Of a DNA stretch of 64,000 nt, positions 13,439 through 26,220 are shown in pieces; positions within the stretch are counted from its first letter, which is position 1, and each line of letters begins with the position of its first letter. A model generated the notes under the pieces. That model had not been told where the DNA came from, searched no databases, and saw only the letters and a list, made by a program, of their open reading frames with translations. The DNA comes from Lophium mytilinum (lineage: Eukaryota): assembly GCA_010093605.1 (NCBI GenBank), contig MU004188.1, positions 1,875,918 through 1,939,917 of the forward strand, read 5' to 3'. A program made the position numbers and the translations under genes.

Positions 13439-14846
13439 CTACGCAATCTCGAACTCATAGTAAACGTAAGCAGAGTACTCGGTGCCTTCTCCCATGTGAC
13501 CTGCTGCTTGCATCTCGGTAGCTGTTGCTTGGTCATCTTTCTTTACTCGTCCCTTGCTATCGCGTCCGAAGGCGTTTCCGCCTAGGTATGAGTATTGACT
13601 GTCCAGAGATGCCTTAGCCTTCTTCGCATTTTTTGCGTTCGTCTGTGATAGCGTTTAGTATGTCCAACACGTCAACGAAGATTCTTAGGCTTCACTTACT
13701 TGTACTAGCCCGCAAACAAAATCTAAAGGCAACCCATATCGCAGGACAGTTTCGACGAAGACTCGTAGCGCGAGCACGTGCACCCAGATCATAGCACTTT
13801 CGCTATATCCAGTCCGCCCTAGCCTGAGGGCCTCTCCCCATATCTTCCGCTCATCTTGATTCAGCTTGTCCACCTCCTTTGCCTCCTCTTCTTTCCCGCC
13901 AGCCTTGTATTTGTAGTCTCTTGGTGTCCACCTTTTCTCCCTGCACTTGTGGACAAAGTCCGCGCTATGCTTCTTGAACACCACTACAGCATAAAGAATG
14001 AATTCGTCGTCTGCGGCGACTTGGTTGGCGGAGCGTGGTACGACCATCTCGGAAAGAGTCTCGTAGGACTTGAGGAAGTCCTTAGCCATGGGTTTCGGGA
14101 CGGCGATGAGATGCGTTTCCAGGTATTCAGAGTCTTGTATCAGGGATGACCCGGCCACTATAGAAGCTAGTGATCGTGTTGAGAGGTTGCCTCTGTGGTA
14201 TCATGGTCAGACTCTTGACGTAGAAAAAGAAAGTTCACTAGATCTTACGTCTGTCTCCGTGTTGCTGCCGCCAGATTTGTCTTGACTGCATTGTATTGTT
14301 GGAACTTGGCCTTCACATCGTTGTCTATGCCGGCGATTTCCTGGTAAAGTGCGTTAGCTCTGGTATAGCTGAATATGTTCTTACATGCGAACCTTTTGCA
14401 GTGAATCTATCAGGTCCGCTATCGACTTTTCAGCTCTATACTTGACCTTGTTCCAGGAAAAGGTCCGTAGATACTGGTCCACCGGCTCTGTGAGATACTG
14501 TAAGCTTGCTGAAGCTTGGCTGCAGCTTGAGAAGCTCTAACGTACTGTCGTTGATCGTCTTCTGCTGCTCAATCTTCCCCTCGTCGCCATCGAGTATAGT
14601 CCGCAACGAGTCCCCAATCTTGTTGACTACGCCCTCACAAGCAGTATCGAGCTTAGCTAGATCATCTGCCTGCTGAACCAGAGCATCGAGAGTCCCAATC
14701 TTGAAGGTAGGAATCGCAAACGGGTAGGTGGTGCCGTAGTCGGTGGTGACGGCAGCTCGCAGAGCCGTGAGAGCCTCGTCGTGGTCGCTGGAGGGCGTTA
14801 TCGAGGTCGGCAGAGACACCAGCAGGTACTTGGTGCCTTTGGACAT
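13439..14846 (-). CDS. VMA5: V-type ATPase V1 subunit C
   Basis: FKIGTLDALVQQADDL, DSEYLETHLIAVPK, MVVPRSA, ALRVFVETVLRYGLP and C-terminal YVYYEFEI motifs. Four introns. Confidence 0.95.
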
Positions 14847-15052
14847 AGTGAGGGAGCTGCGCAGGCGGGCTCAGGCGCAATTGCTGGGGCTATGGGTGGT
14901 GTTATGGCAGTCTACTCCGTCGTATCGGCGAGATCTCCAAGCTCTCGCAGTGGGGCTGATCCTGTGGTCCATGCCTCTTTCGTCACCCCAGGTCCCGCTT
15001 CCACTCCAGCATTAGCTCGTCTCTTCTTCACCACCACCACTCTTTCACCAAA

Positions 15053-16475
15053 ATGTCTGCGAAACGCGGTATACGACTCCTTCAGCCAGCCATTGCTGGA
15101 GCTGGACGACTGAGCTCGCCTCCCAATGCTGCCTCCAACGCCCTCCACTCTCTGCGCCCGCTATCTACACCGTCTAGGAGGCCGAGGATAAGCGTCCGAA
15201 CACCGGCCGCGAGCAATTCACAGCGCTTTTCGTCTTCCAAGGCGGATGAGCCAGCCAAGACTCCTCTCTACGATCTCCACGCAGCTCATGGCGCAAAGTT
15301 CGTGCCATTCGGAGGGTATGCGATGCCCGTCCAGTACAGTGACTTGAGCGTTGGGGAGTCACACCACTGGACGAGGGAAAAGGCCAGCTTGTTGGATGTG
15401 AGCCACATGTAAGCATTATGCATAAGAGGCTTGAATGGTGTTAATTAGTTGTAGGGTTCAACACCATTTCTCCGGACCTGGCGCCGACGCTTTCCTTTCA
15501 CTCATCACGCCCTCGTCTCTGACTACCCTCAAACCCCACCACTCGACCCTGTCGACTTTACTCCACCGTGAGACCGGAGGAATTGTGGATGATACCGTAA
15601 TCACGCGACTGGATGCAACCCATTTCTACGTAGTCACGAATGCTGGTTGCAGGGCCAAAGATCTGGAGTATTTCCAGACGGAACTGGCTGCGTGGAAAGA
15701 GGCGGGCAACCCAGATGTGAAATGGAATGTACTAGAGGGACAAGGTCTTGTTGCGCTACAAGGACCAGCCGCCGCAGAGGTTCTCGCCTCAGTGATCGCG
15801 GATCCCGAGAAAGTCAAGCTGGACGAGCTATACTTCGGCCAATCCAAGTACGCATCTATCCGCATAGCGAATTGGAACACATCTCCTGAGGTTCTCATTT
15901 CTCGAGGTGGATATACTGGCGAAGATGGGTTTGAGATATCTGTCCCAGCTTCCTCCACCGTCGCTGTAACAGAAAAGCTACTCAGTGCCGCTCCTGAGAC
16001 AGTAAGGCTCGCCGGACTGGGAGCACGTGACAGTCTCCGACTTGAAGCAGGCATGTGTCTTTACGGCCATGATCTCGACGACTCCACCACTCCTGTCGAG
16101 GCAGCTTTGGCGTGGGTAGTTGGCAAGGACCGACGCGTCGAAGGTGGTTTCCACGGCTCGTCTGTCATCCTGTCTCAGTTAAAACCAAAGAAGGACGGCG
16201 GAAAGGGAGTGACACGCCGACGCATTGGACTCGTCGTAGATGGTGCACCAGCTCGTGAGGGTGCCTCGATCGTAGATGCCGAAGACAATGTCATTGGGAC
16301 GGTCACATCCGGATGCCCGTCTCCGACACTGAAAAAGAACATCGCCATGGCCTACATCAAGGACGGCTCGCACAAATCTGGAACCGAAGTCGCAGTTTTA
16401 ATAAGAGGGAAGCGGAGGAAGGCTGTGGTGACGAAGATGCCATTCGTCCCAAGCAAGTATTATCGTGGTCCTTGA
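15053..16475 (+). CDS. GCV1: Glycine cleavage system T protein (aminomethyltransferase), mitochondrial
   Basis: [35 protein letters not shown] and [18 protein letters not shown] motifs. One intron. Arg-rich presequence. Divergent from VMA5 with about 206 bp between start codons. Confidence 0.95.
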
Positions 16476-17798
16476 TAGGACCTGCAAAATTGCAGTCTGG
16501 CATACTCCTCTTCGACGCTCAACGCGCCGGAAATAGTACGAGGCCACGCAGGCACATCGAATGTTGCTATGGAAGCACGACATGAATGTGCAGTAGCCTC
16601 ATTCTATAAGTTGCCAGCCACGGCGAACAATGTCCTGAGAGATCAACACTCAGTGTTCGATTATACTGCTTTCTCAATTCCGACCTGCGATCTATTACTG
16701 CGTTGGATCATTTAGACATCCAGGACAGATCGCAAAGACCTATGGATTTAAAAAACTCAGATCAAAGTCATTCAAGAACCCAGACTCCACTGTAGAATCT
16801 AGTATGATGCACCCCTTTAAACTTCTGTAGGGTTGGTTCTACTTTATGACTATATGTTCTTAGTATCCATACTGTTTTCCTCTAGCTTCTGCTCACAGTG
16901 TCCAATAGAGTAGAGTGGACTCCGTTCCTTCTATGCCATTTCTTTCCCTCACCTGCATCTGCTACTTCCTGCATGAATTACTCACATTCACATGAGACTG
17001 GTGATACCGAATATTTGCCTCTCCCCGAAAACAACTAGGAGAAAAGATTTACGTCTTCGGCACACCTATGGGTGAGCACATCGTGCATGAGGTCCAAGCA
17101 GCACCCACCATGACTACCGAAGCAGACCCGGCTGCAGGATCCAAAGAGGTTGGCGCCGCTGCATTGGGGCGGCTAGGTAAGAGTGAGAAAACACAAGGTG
17201 GAGCATGGGCATGGTGCGGATGCGTGAACCCGCTGTCAGATGAAAGCCACATGGCTGCAAGAGTCTCAATGGCGGTGAACGCCTAATTACCAGATCATTG
17301 ATATCCCATGGATTGATAGGCTGAATTCTTTACCCAAGGTTTGCTGTACTAAGTAGGGAGATCTCACTACGCTATTGCTGAACAAAAGGTGAGGGCGGGC
17401 GCTAGGTTTTGGTGACGTTCTTTGAGACAGGATACGTGCATACGGAGACGGACCATTCTGAGCATCTTTGTAGGCTTTAACACTCACGCCCGTAGCCGTT
17501 TAGAACAATGTTGCGTCGGCATCTCAACTTTCGCAAGTTTTTTCCGCGTTTGCATGCCGGGCCAACCTGTGTGTTCTACAGCTTCTTTCATACTTCCCTG
17601 TCTCGCTTGACTGTGTTTAGCAATGTCGTTTGACATATTTCCAATTATTGTTGTTTGTGTTCATGCAGATCACCTTATGCTAAGTTTTGCTTCATCATGC
17701 TAAAGTACTTCAGACATCACATCAGCCATTGATGGTATCACGAGCTGGAATACACTTTACTCGCCCCAATTGAGCAAGCCTTACCACTTCGATCCACC

Positions 17799-20494
17799 AT
17801 GAACAAATTTGACGATAGTGAAAGGATCGTCCCAAATCATCAAGGTGACATACAGTTCGGGAATGACGAAAAGCCACCTCTGCCGTTGTCCTCTTCGCCG
17901 GCGACACCAGCCACGAATGAAGAAAAGCCTGTTGAGCAACCTTTGAGTGGAGGTCATGAGAAGCCATCACTGGTATTGTCTTCCACGCCGGCGACACCTG
18001 CGGCGAACGAAGAGGAGCCTCTTGAGCGGGCTTTGAATGGAGATCATGCGAAACCGTCCCCAGGTAAGACGCCACCTCGTTGCTCATGACCCTATCTCCA
18101 AGGCTAAACGTGTTAGACTTGAACCACGATGGCAGCGCAACTTCCATTCAAATGAACAATTATGCCATGCTGGCTCGCCTTCTTACCGAGGAGAATAGAG
18201 AGATGCTGGATATCGTTAGCAGCCTTTCAAGGTTGAACATCAAAAAAAGCGTCATATCCCTACCGTCGCTTATTGTCTGTGGCGACCAGAGCACAGGTGA
18301 GCTCCATCCAAACCCTAAACAACAATCCTAATCTCTCCAAGGAAAATCTTCGGTCTTGGAAGCGGCGACTGGAATCGCTTTCCCTCGCAAGGCAGGACTC
18401 TGCACTCGGTTTCCAACCGAGATAAGTCTGCGCCATGATGATATCCGCAAAGCCACAGTCCGGATCAACCCCCACCCGGACTCCAGAGGATTCGCAAAAG
18501 AGCGAATGGAGAAGTTCACTGGCATGATCAGCGACTTCAACAATCTTCCAGGGCTTGTTGAAGCGGCTCAAAAGGCTATGGGCCTCGGAGAAGAGAAAAA
18601 CTTTGCCAAGGATGTTCTCTGCATTGAAATTTCCGGACCTGATCTACCCCACCTTACTCTAGTGGATCTTCCTGGTCTCATCAAGAACGCCGTCGACGGT
18701 GTCACGCCGGACGAAGTTTCTCTCGTCGCTGAACTCACTGAAGAATATATTCAGCAATCCCGCGCGATCTGCCTGCCTGTCATATCGGCTTTGCATGACT
18801 TCGCGAATCAGGGAATCGTCGATAAGGTTCAAGCATACGACGCAACTGGAAACCGTACGCTGGGTATTGTTACGAAGCCTGACAGATGTGATGTCGAAGA
18901 CGAGGAAAGAAGTGCTGCGATTGCCCTTATTCAGAACAAGCGGAAAACCCTGAAACTAGGATGGCACGTTCTCCGAAACCGAAACGAAGACGAGACCAAC
19001 CGCAAGACAAGCAATCACGAGAGAAACTTCACAGAACAGCTTTTCTTCCAAAAACATGGCTGGAAGGATATTCCAGAAGGGCACTGGGGTGCCGAAGCAC
19101 TTACAGTCCGCTTAAGCGAGCTCTTAATCAAGCACACCAAGAGAGAGTTGCCGAAGGTACGGAAGGATGTCGAAGCAGAGTACGCAATTCGTCACAAGGA
19201 ATTGGAGGCGTTGGGAATGGCGCGAGAAACACCTCAGGCCTGCAAAGACTTCCTTCTGGATCTAAGTATCGACTATGGTCGCGATTGCAAAGCGGCCCTT
19301 GACGGACACTACGAAAGCAATTTCTTCAAGTACGATGATACGCAGCCCTTCGACGATGGCAACAAGCTCGCTAGGCGTCGCCTTCGAGCCATGATCCAAT
19401 TTCAAAACAAGGGTTTCTCGGATACGATGAGGGTCTGGGGCCACCGATACAACATACAGACCGAAAAGGCAGGCCAGAAGCCACCCGCATCTGAGCCAGA
19501 AGAAATCGAGTTACCTGAATGGCCGGAGCCCAAGCTAGACAAGCCAGCGATGACCAAGTCGTTGTTGACCATGAAGACAGAGTGCGAGGGCCCGATCACG
19601 AAATCATACACGGAAGCTCTTGAGTGGGTCCAAAAGGCACTCATCCGTAGTCGCGGCCGTGAACTTCAAGGGAATTTCAATCCATTGATAATTGGTGAGC
19701 TTTTCCGCGAGCAGTCAGCCAAATGGCACAGGCTGGCCGAAGAGCATCTGAACGATGCGTTCAACAGCTGCACTAGGTTTCTGCGAGATCTCCTTGATGC
19801 AAATTGCGCGAGCGACGTCATGAGCCGCGTCTGGGCAAGCATCTTTGAAACCGCTATGAAGGAAAAGAAGCAAGCTGCTATGAAGGAACTTGGACGTCTC
19901 ATGAACGAGATCAACAGCTATCCAATAAATTATAACCATTACTACACTGACATGATCACTAGAAACAGGATGGCGCGGCAGAAGAAATCACTCAAGGCTA
20001 GCTTGGAGAGTGCTACTACTGAGATCTCGGAAAGCTTCTCTTGTAATCACCGCTCGCACGCGGTGGAAAAAGTTGATATCGAAGCAGCGCTACAGCACTA
20101 CACGGAGAGGCTCAGTCGCGACATGGATGAGTACAGCTCCGAGGGGATCTTAGACTGTGTTCTCGCAATCTACAAGGTCAGTGCTCCCAGCCCACGCCAT
20201 TCTACCTTTCCTCCAGCGTCGAATCTTGCTAACTAAAGTTCTGATAAGGTGCATCAAAAGACCTTCGTAGCAAACGTGACCACCCAAGTTGTGGAGCGCC
20301 ATATTGTCTGCGGTCTCGAAAACATCTTCTCGCCCAAGCTGATAGCTAAGATGAAGGACGACGAGGTTGTGACAATCGCATCCGAGCCCACGGAAACCAA
20401 GAAATACCGGTCCATCTTGCAGGAGAATGTCAAGAAGCTGAATGAGGGGAGAGACCTTCTGCGAGAGATCGTCCGGACGACGGCGCAAGAGTAG
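17799..20494 (+). CDS. Mx-like dynamin-family GTPase (paralog A), about 841 aa
   Basis: Exons 17799-18063, 18117-18296, 18342-20176 and 20249-20494 join in frame. G1 GDQSTGKSS, CTRFPTEI, G3 LVDLPG, G4 TKPD, LGWHVLRNR, SRGRELQGNFNP and GED-like FVANVTTQVVERHIV. Confidence 0.9.
17868..18062 (+). repeat. Coding tandem repeat, about 2.2 copies of 90 bp (30 aa)
   Basis: EKPPLPLSSSPATPATNEEKPVEQPLSGGH / EKPSLVLSSTPATPAANEEEPLERALNGDH / AKPSP. Confidence 0.8.
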
Positions 20495-20661
20495 TATGCG
20501 GAGCTCAACGGCACACCTGAATGGTAGCGCATGGACCCAGATCGGTAGGCGGCGGATCTTCGTGTACGCTGTCGGACAGCGATGGTTTTATCAATGTCAC
20601 CAGAAGGGGGAAAGAGGTTTTATTGCCGTTGATGTAGAACCTAGCTTTAAGCCCAAGCCTC

Positions 20662-21105
20662 TCAGCCCATTCCCAATTTCGGCCAGTAAAGTAGCCGATT
20701 CGTGACCCAGAGCATAGGTGACTTCCTCAGTCGACGTTCTTCTCCTTGTTGCTCTCCTGCAACACTCCTCTTTTCAACACTCTTCGCAGTGCTCGCCTTC
20801 TCTTCGTCACTCACTTTCTGCTCATGATGAGCGCGGTATTCCTTCTTATGCCGCTTCAAGTCCGCACGCTGACATCCAACGGAGCAATGGCGAATGATAC
20901 AGCAGCTAGCGCAATTCCTCAGCAGCGCAGACTTCTTGCAGGATGTGCAGTAGGAGCGAGAAGCTGGAAGTAGGTTCTCCGCTGGGGTGCTGGAAGGAAT
21001 TACGATGGTGCCCAAGAGTAATGAAGTCTTATGGTACGGCGCTAGCGACACTGGTGGGAGAACTCTAAGTGCTCTGCCATACATAGCCGTACACTCTTTT
21101 GGCAC
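20662..21105 (-). pseudogene. MYND-type zinc-finger gene fragment, probably decayed
   Basis: CTSCKK..LRNCASCCIIRHCSVGCQRADLKRHKKEY matches the MYND pattern CxxC..CxxC..YCSxxCQxxDWxxHKxxC, but Y>H, W>L and the last C>Y are substituted. No convincing ATG start. Confidence 0.55.
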
Positions 21106-21677
21106 TATTTGGCGGGCTCCAACGTACGGACAGAAACCGGAGCAGTGTATACACCTCCAATCTAATTCTGTACAGCCTGCCGACGCTGTCTTGGGTAGCC
21201 TCGCGAGTGTTATAGTCGTCCAAAATGCCGAATTTCTCTCTCCTTCATGATGTCAGAATTACTGTGAGGCTCCTCACGCAGCGGCGAACGAGTGTACGGA
21301 TATTTGTAACGAGGCATTGTACGGAACGGTAAGTCACATCCAGTATCACGGCATTCTTCACAAGAGCAACTGAACATTACAATGCCTCGTCATTTATCCA
21401 TGTGTACTTCTACTAGCCACTGTCTGAGGTAGCCCGGCAAGCCTTCTGATTTTTCCGATCGACGACTTTGAGAACTTCGAAGATGCACTAAGGGACTTCA
21501 AGCAGCGGTAGACAGGCGTACACGCATCTAGGACGAGATATTGTAGCATCTTGTAATGAGTGGCAGGCCCTACAAAATTTATTCTACCACCGCGCCTCGT
21601 CAACACTTCTCATCTCATTCGAATTCCCGAAGATGTGGCGAAGCACCCCCAACAGAGGTAACCTAGTGTACGCAGAC

Positions 21678-24250
21678 CTAAGCAGCAGTACTGCGCATGA
21701 CCCCCTTCAGAATCCGCTGGCCATCGCCGAGCTTCTTGACCTGATCCTCCAAAAATGCCCTGTGACGCTTCGCCGCCGCCGGTTCGGCCGCAATACCCTC
21801 AACTTCCTCGTCTGTCATTCTATTGACCGTAACAGGGGAGAATATGTTCTCCAAGCCCCGGACGATGTGGCGTTCGACGACTTGCATTGTGATGTTTTGC
21901 ACAAAGACTTTGTGGAGTACCTTGTAGATGGCGATGACGCTGTGAAGAATCTGAGTCGTGTTAGAGAAACTGAAATACGAAGTAAGAGTAAGGGATGCTA
22001 TAGCTACCTCCGCACAGCTGTGCTGCTCCATGTCGCCGTCACCGCTCATCGTCTTGCGGAAATTCTTGGCAAGCTGCTCCACGTCTATGTGGGTGGTTCT
22101 GCGAGCATCCTCCCCTTCGCCGTGCTGTGTCTCGGTGGAGGCGTCCTTGACAGCTTGCTGCAACGCAAGCTTCTCCTTTTCCATTCGCTTTTTCTGGACC
22201 TCAGATAGATAGTAGTGGTTATAGTTTATCGGGTATTCTCTGAGGTCCGCCATAAGGCGTTCGAGCTCCGCGTATGCGCTGTCATCTCGCTCCTTCAAAG
22301 CATCTTGGACCAGGGAACGAAGCCTAGGCTGCAAATCCTTTGGGCACTTCTCTTTGAGAAGAATGTTGAGGAACGTTGAGCATATATGACCTAGGAGCAT
22401 TAGATCAATATTTGTCAACACTGCCTTTAGCTATCGACTTACTCATATCTTCCATGTGATCAATGGACAAGTCGCTCCACTTCGATGCCTGTTCCCAGAA
22501 GAGCTCTCCCACGAGGAGCGGGTTGAAAGTGCCCGAAAGTTCACGTCCACGTGATCGAGTGAGCGCATCTTTTACCCATTGGATAGCTTTTGCCTCAGTC
22601 AAGATAATCGGGGTCATGTTCTTCAAGAATGGAGACTTCGAATCAGTGGGGTCTGGATCAGCCTTCAAGCCATCCTCATTGATCTTAGGCTTGGGCTTGG
22701 ACTTGGTTTCTTCCGTCTCAATCCAATAGAAGTGCCCGTGAGTGCGGAATCTAGCGGCAAACTTTTCGTTCATCATCTGTACCAAAGCCCGGAGGCGGCG
22801 AATGGCATCAATCGACTGCGGAGAAAAGGTGTCTTTCGTCTTGGGTTGGAAATACGTGCCTTCGTAGTGGCCAGAGATCGCCGCTTTACAGATTCCGTGA
22901 AAATCCAGGCTGAGGTTTGTAAGGAATTCTCGGCATTCTTTGGCTTCCGATCGCTTTACGCCCATATTTCCAAGCTGAGTCGTCGTCTCAGACAGCCTGC
23001 CATCGAGTTCTGAACGCAATTTAGGCATTTCATTCTTGACATGCTCGAAGAGGAGGAGACTCAAGCGGGTCCTCAACGCATCGATCCCCACATTATCTTG
23101 ATCGAGGACCCTGAAATTGGACTTGCGGAAGAAGTCTTCTTCCACCATGTTCCGCTCGTTGAAGGACGACCGGCTCTCTTGGAAGTTCCGGTTGCGTAGA
23201 ACATGCCACCCAAGGTTGAAGCGGATATCCTCGTTACGAGCTAGGGCAATGAAGGCCGCCTCGCTGCCAGAACCCTTCTCAACACGATCGGGTTTGGTGA
23301 TGATGCCTAGTGTGCGTTCGCCATTGGGGTCATGCTTCCTAATACGAGTGATGATGCCCTGATTGGCGTAGTCATTCAAGCAGGAAATGACTGCGAGGCA
23401 GATGGTCCGGGGCTGCGAAATGTAGCTCTCGGTAATGTTCCTTACCATCTCCACGTCTTCTTCGGTGACGCCGGCGGTCGCATTCTGGATCAATCCAGGT
23501 AGATCGACCAAGGTAAGCTGAGGTCTATCCGGACCCTCAATTTCGATACTGAGAACATCCTTCGCAAAGGCTCTCGCCGAATCAGCTCCAATTCCCATCA
23601 CCTCCATAGCCTTATCCATGATGTCAGGTAACTCTTTGAAGTCCGTGATAGTCTCGACAAAGCTGCGTATGATGTCCTGCTCAGCGTTGCTTCGCTTGGC
23701 GTCTGGGATGACCTTGATGGTGAGTGACTCGAGCTCCGCGCGGCGTAGAATGATCTCGGTCGCAAACCGAGTGCACAGGTTGTCATTGCGGGGAAATGGA
23801 ATCTCCGTGAGAGCTAGAAGCAAGGTATGTCAGTGACTGAAAATCTTTTGGTAGACTTAATGTTTCTTTTACCTTCCAGAACGGAACTGAACACTTTAGT
23901 CTTTGTTTGAACGTGTGCTGATGTACTCTTACCTCTTGCCGGCGCTCTGATCGCCACAGACAACGAGCTGTGGAAGTGATAGAGTACTCTCTAGGTTGCA
24001 ACGGCGGAGTTGCGCGATGACATCTAGGACCCGCCTCTGTTCCTCGGTTTGTAGGCCTTCAAGCGAAGCTGTATTTTGCAGGTTCCGGGGAGATCTAATG
24101 GCTAATCGTTCTATATGTATCATTAGTGGGCGGCGTCGCCGTCAACTGAGTTCGAAGCTTACCTTGATGCTGTTCGCTATTCTCACTGGTCCTGTCCGTG
24201 CCGTTCGGCGTGCCATTTGCCATGCTGGCAGCTGCGTGCTTCTTACCCAT
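21678..24250 (-). CDS. Mx-like dynamin-family GTPase (paralog B)
   Basis: Start MGKKHAAASMANG at 24250 (or the ATG at 24223). G1 GDQSAGKSSVLE is assembled through a 14-nt micro-exon (23873-23886). CTRFATEI, LVDLPG, TKPD, LGWHVLRNR, SRGRELSGTFNP and FVQNITMQVVERHIV. Five introns. Confidence 0.9.
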
Positions 24251-25476
24251 GGCTGCAGGTGTGCTGCTTTGGTAAACTTGGTGATGTCAGTGTGAAAGCA
24301 ACTAGAATTAGGCTGAAAGTGGAGGTCGAATTAAGGTTGCCAAGCCAGCGAGATGGAGCTAAGTACAGTGACGTGAAAAGAGTCTGCGCAATGTCGCTCG
24401 CCACCCTGGGGAGTGCTTCGATGGTATTGCTGACTTCAAAACCAATATAAGCTACGCCATATTGACCGACTAGAGATCTCACCGTTCGACCTCACCCAGT
24501 GGCACACGAGCGTGTGCAAGCTTTAGCGCCAGCGCAGGAGAGATACAGTGAAGGGGGAAGCAATAACAAGTAGCTAAGAAGACGGAACATACCTTGACCG
24601 TGATCCATCAACCAAGAGAGCAGCGATGTCATCCGGAGTCTCCGAATTCTCTAGACGTGGGCCGAAAGGTGCACAGATAATACCAGACCCTTCAAGAGAG
24701 GCGCGGGAATGTTCCCTTATAAGCGCGGGAAAAACGCCCTTCGCCGTGTCTGAGAAGATACTTCTGGGTCAAACCAGCATAGTGCTTGGTGGCCAATCAG
24801 CTTCACGCAACGCCCGAAAAACGAGCAGCCAACCAGAATGGTAGAAAAGCAGAGAACATGCAGGAAACGCAAGTCCAGCAGTCATACAGGTGCAGAGCGT
24901 GCATGCAGAGACAGAATGCTGGCCCACTATTGTTTCATGCGGCTACAGGCGTGGCTGATGAAAGATGCATCGGAAGTGGGCCGCGTGCAGCTATCCGGTC
25001 CCAGATTTGAACCGAATTGAGATCAGGAAAATACCTTGATGCCTAGGCAATACGCGACTTTCCGCTCCGGAATAGGTGGTATCAGAGAATGTGCAGGGAA
25101 AGGCCGCGGTTGATTAGGGATACTAACGGACAAAGTCCCTACATAAATTAAACGAGGTGCCCGCACACTACTATTTCACACCGCTAAGGGTTTGGATGAG
25201 TCGAAAGCCGTCTGCATGCGCATATACGCAGCACATTCTGAATCGCCAATTGAGATCAAGGAGTACCCACTTTGCTACATAACTCAAACGGCCAAATTGT
25301 TGAGCTAGCCAAGATTGGGGGGAGACAAACCCTACTTCTCACTTAAGCCTTTGAAGATAAGAGAAAGTTGAAGGCCCTAGAGCAGTGGCACGAAGATTTG
25401 CGAAAGAAAAGAACCCTAACACTACACCTCTCTCAAATCTAACCCACCTCCTCCATAGCTTGAAATTAGGGTCATG

Positions 25477-26053
25477 AAATGCCTTCATATACTGCGTTGC
25501 GCAGGAGGTATTTCTAGCATTCTTATAACGCCCTCCATGCTCGATCTGGCCTTGAGTGCGTCGCAGATGTATCCAATTCCCCAGGTTCCGGAAAAGCCGA
25601 ATTCGACATCAGCAATTACAAGACCTTCGTACGACTTCTCAAAGGCTTCGATAGAGACGCCACCCTCGAGTGTGAATACCCTATCGACCTTAGAAGGAGC
25701 GCTAAGTAACTGAGAGGCAATTATGAGAGGTAAGCAACGTCGACTGGCCTATATAGGCAGAATTTTCATAGAACCCACAAAACTCTACTTTACACGGAAT
25801 ACGTCTTAACACTCGCTTGCTCGAGACTGGTTCCACTCCCCAGGCTGGACCGAGTACCGACGTGACCTGTATTGCGTGTAGGAAGGACGAAGTCATCCAA
25901 GCTTGTTCCGAACCCTCTCGTGCCAGCTACTGCTCCAGATACAGCAAGCGACTAGGCTTGCAAGGATACGACGAACGACGGGATCCGTGTGTGCATAACT
26001 CATTGTACACAAACGAGTTGGGTGTCGAGACGCTGATAGTCAGCACGTGGTAG
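25477..26053 (+). pseudogene. Possible decayed gene with a degenerate Zn2Cys6-like motif
   Basis: CIACRKDEVIQACSEPSRASYCSRYSKRLGLQG resembles CxxCRxxKxxC..CxRCxxxGLxC with two Cys lost. The upstream frame carries in-frame stops. Confidence 0.3.
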
Positions 26054-26220
26054 TGTGGTGGATTGTTGGTTCGTGAAGATTAGCCATCGCTGAGGGCTTC
26101 GAGACGTGACGGATCGTAGTATATCTTGGTGGTGTGGGGTCCACGATAACCTCACGATAGATTGAGCCTTAGGGGTTCCTCGGTTGGTATCACACTACTT
26201 TACGGAGCTGGATTTAACCT

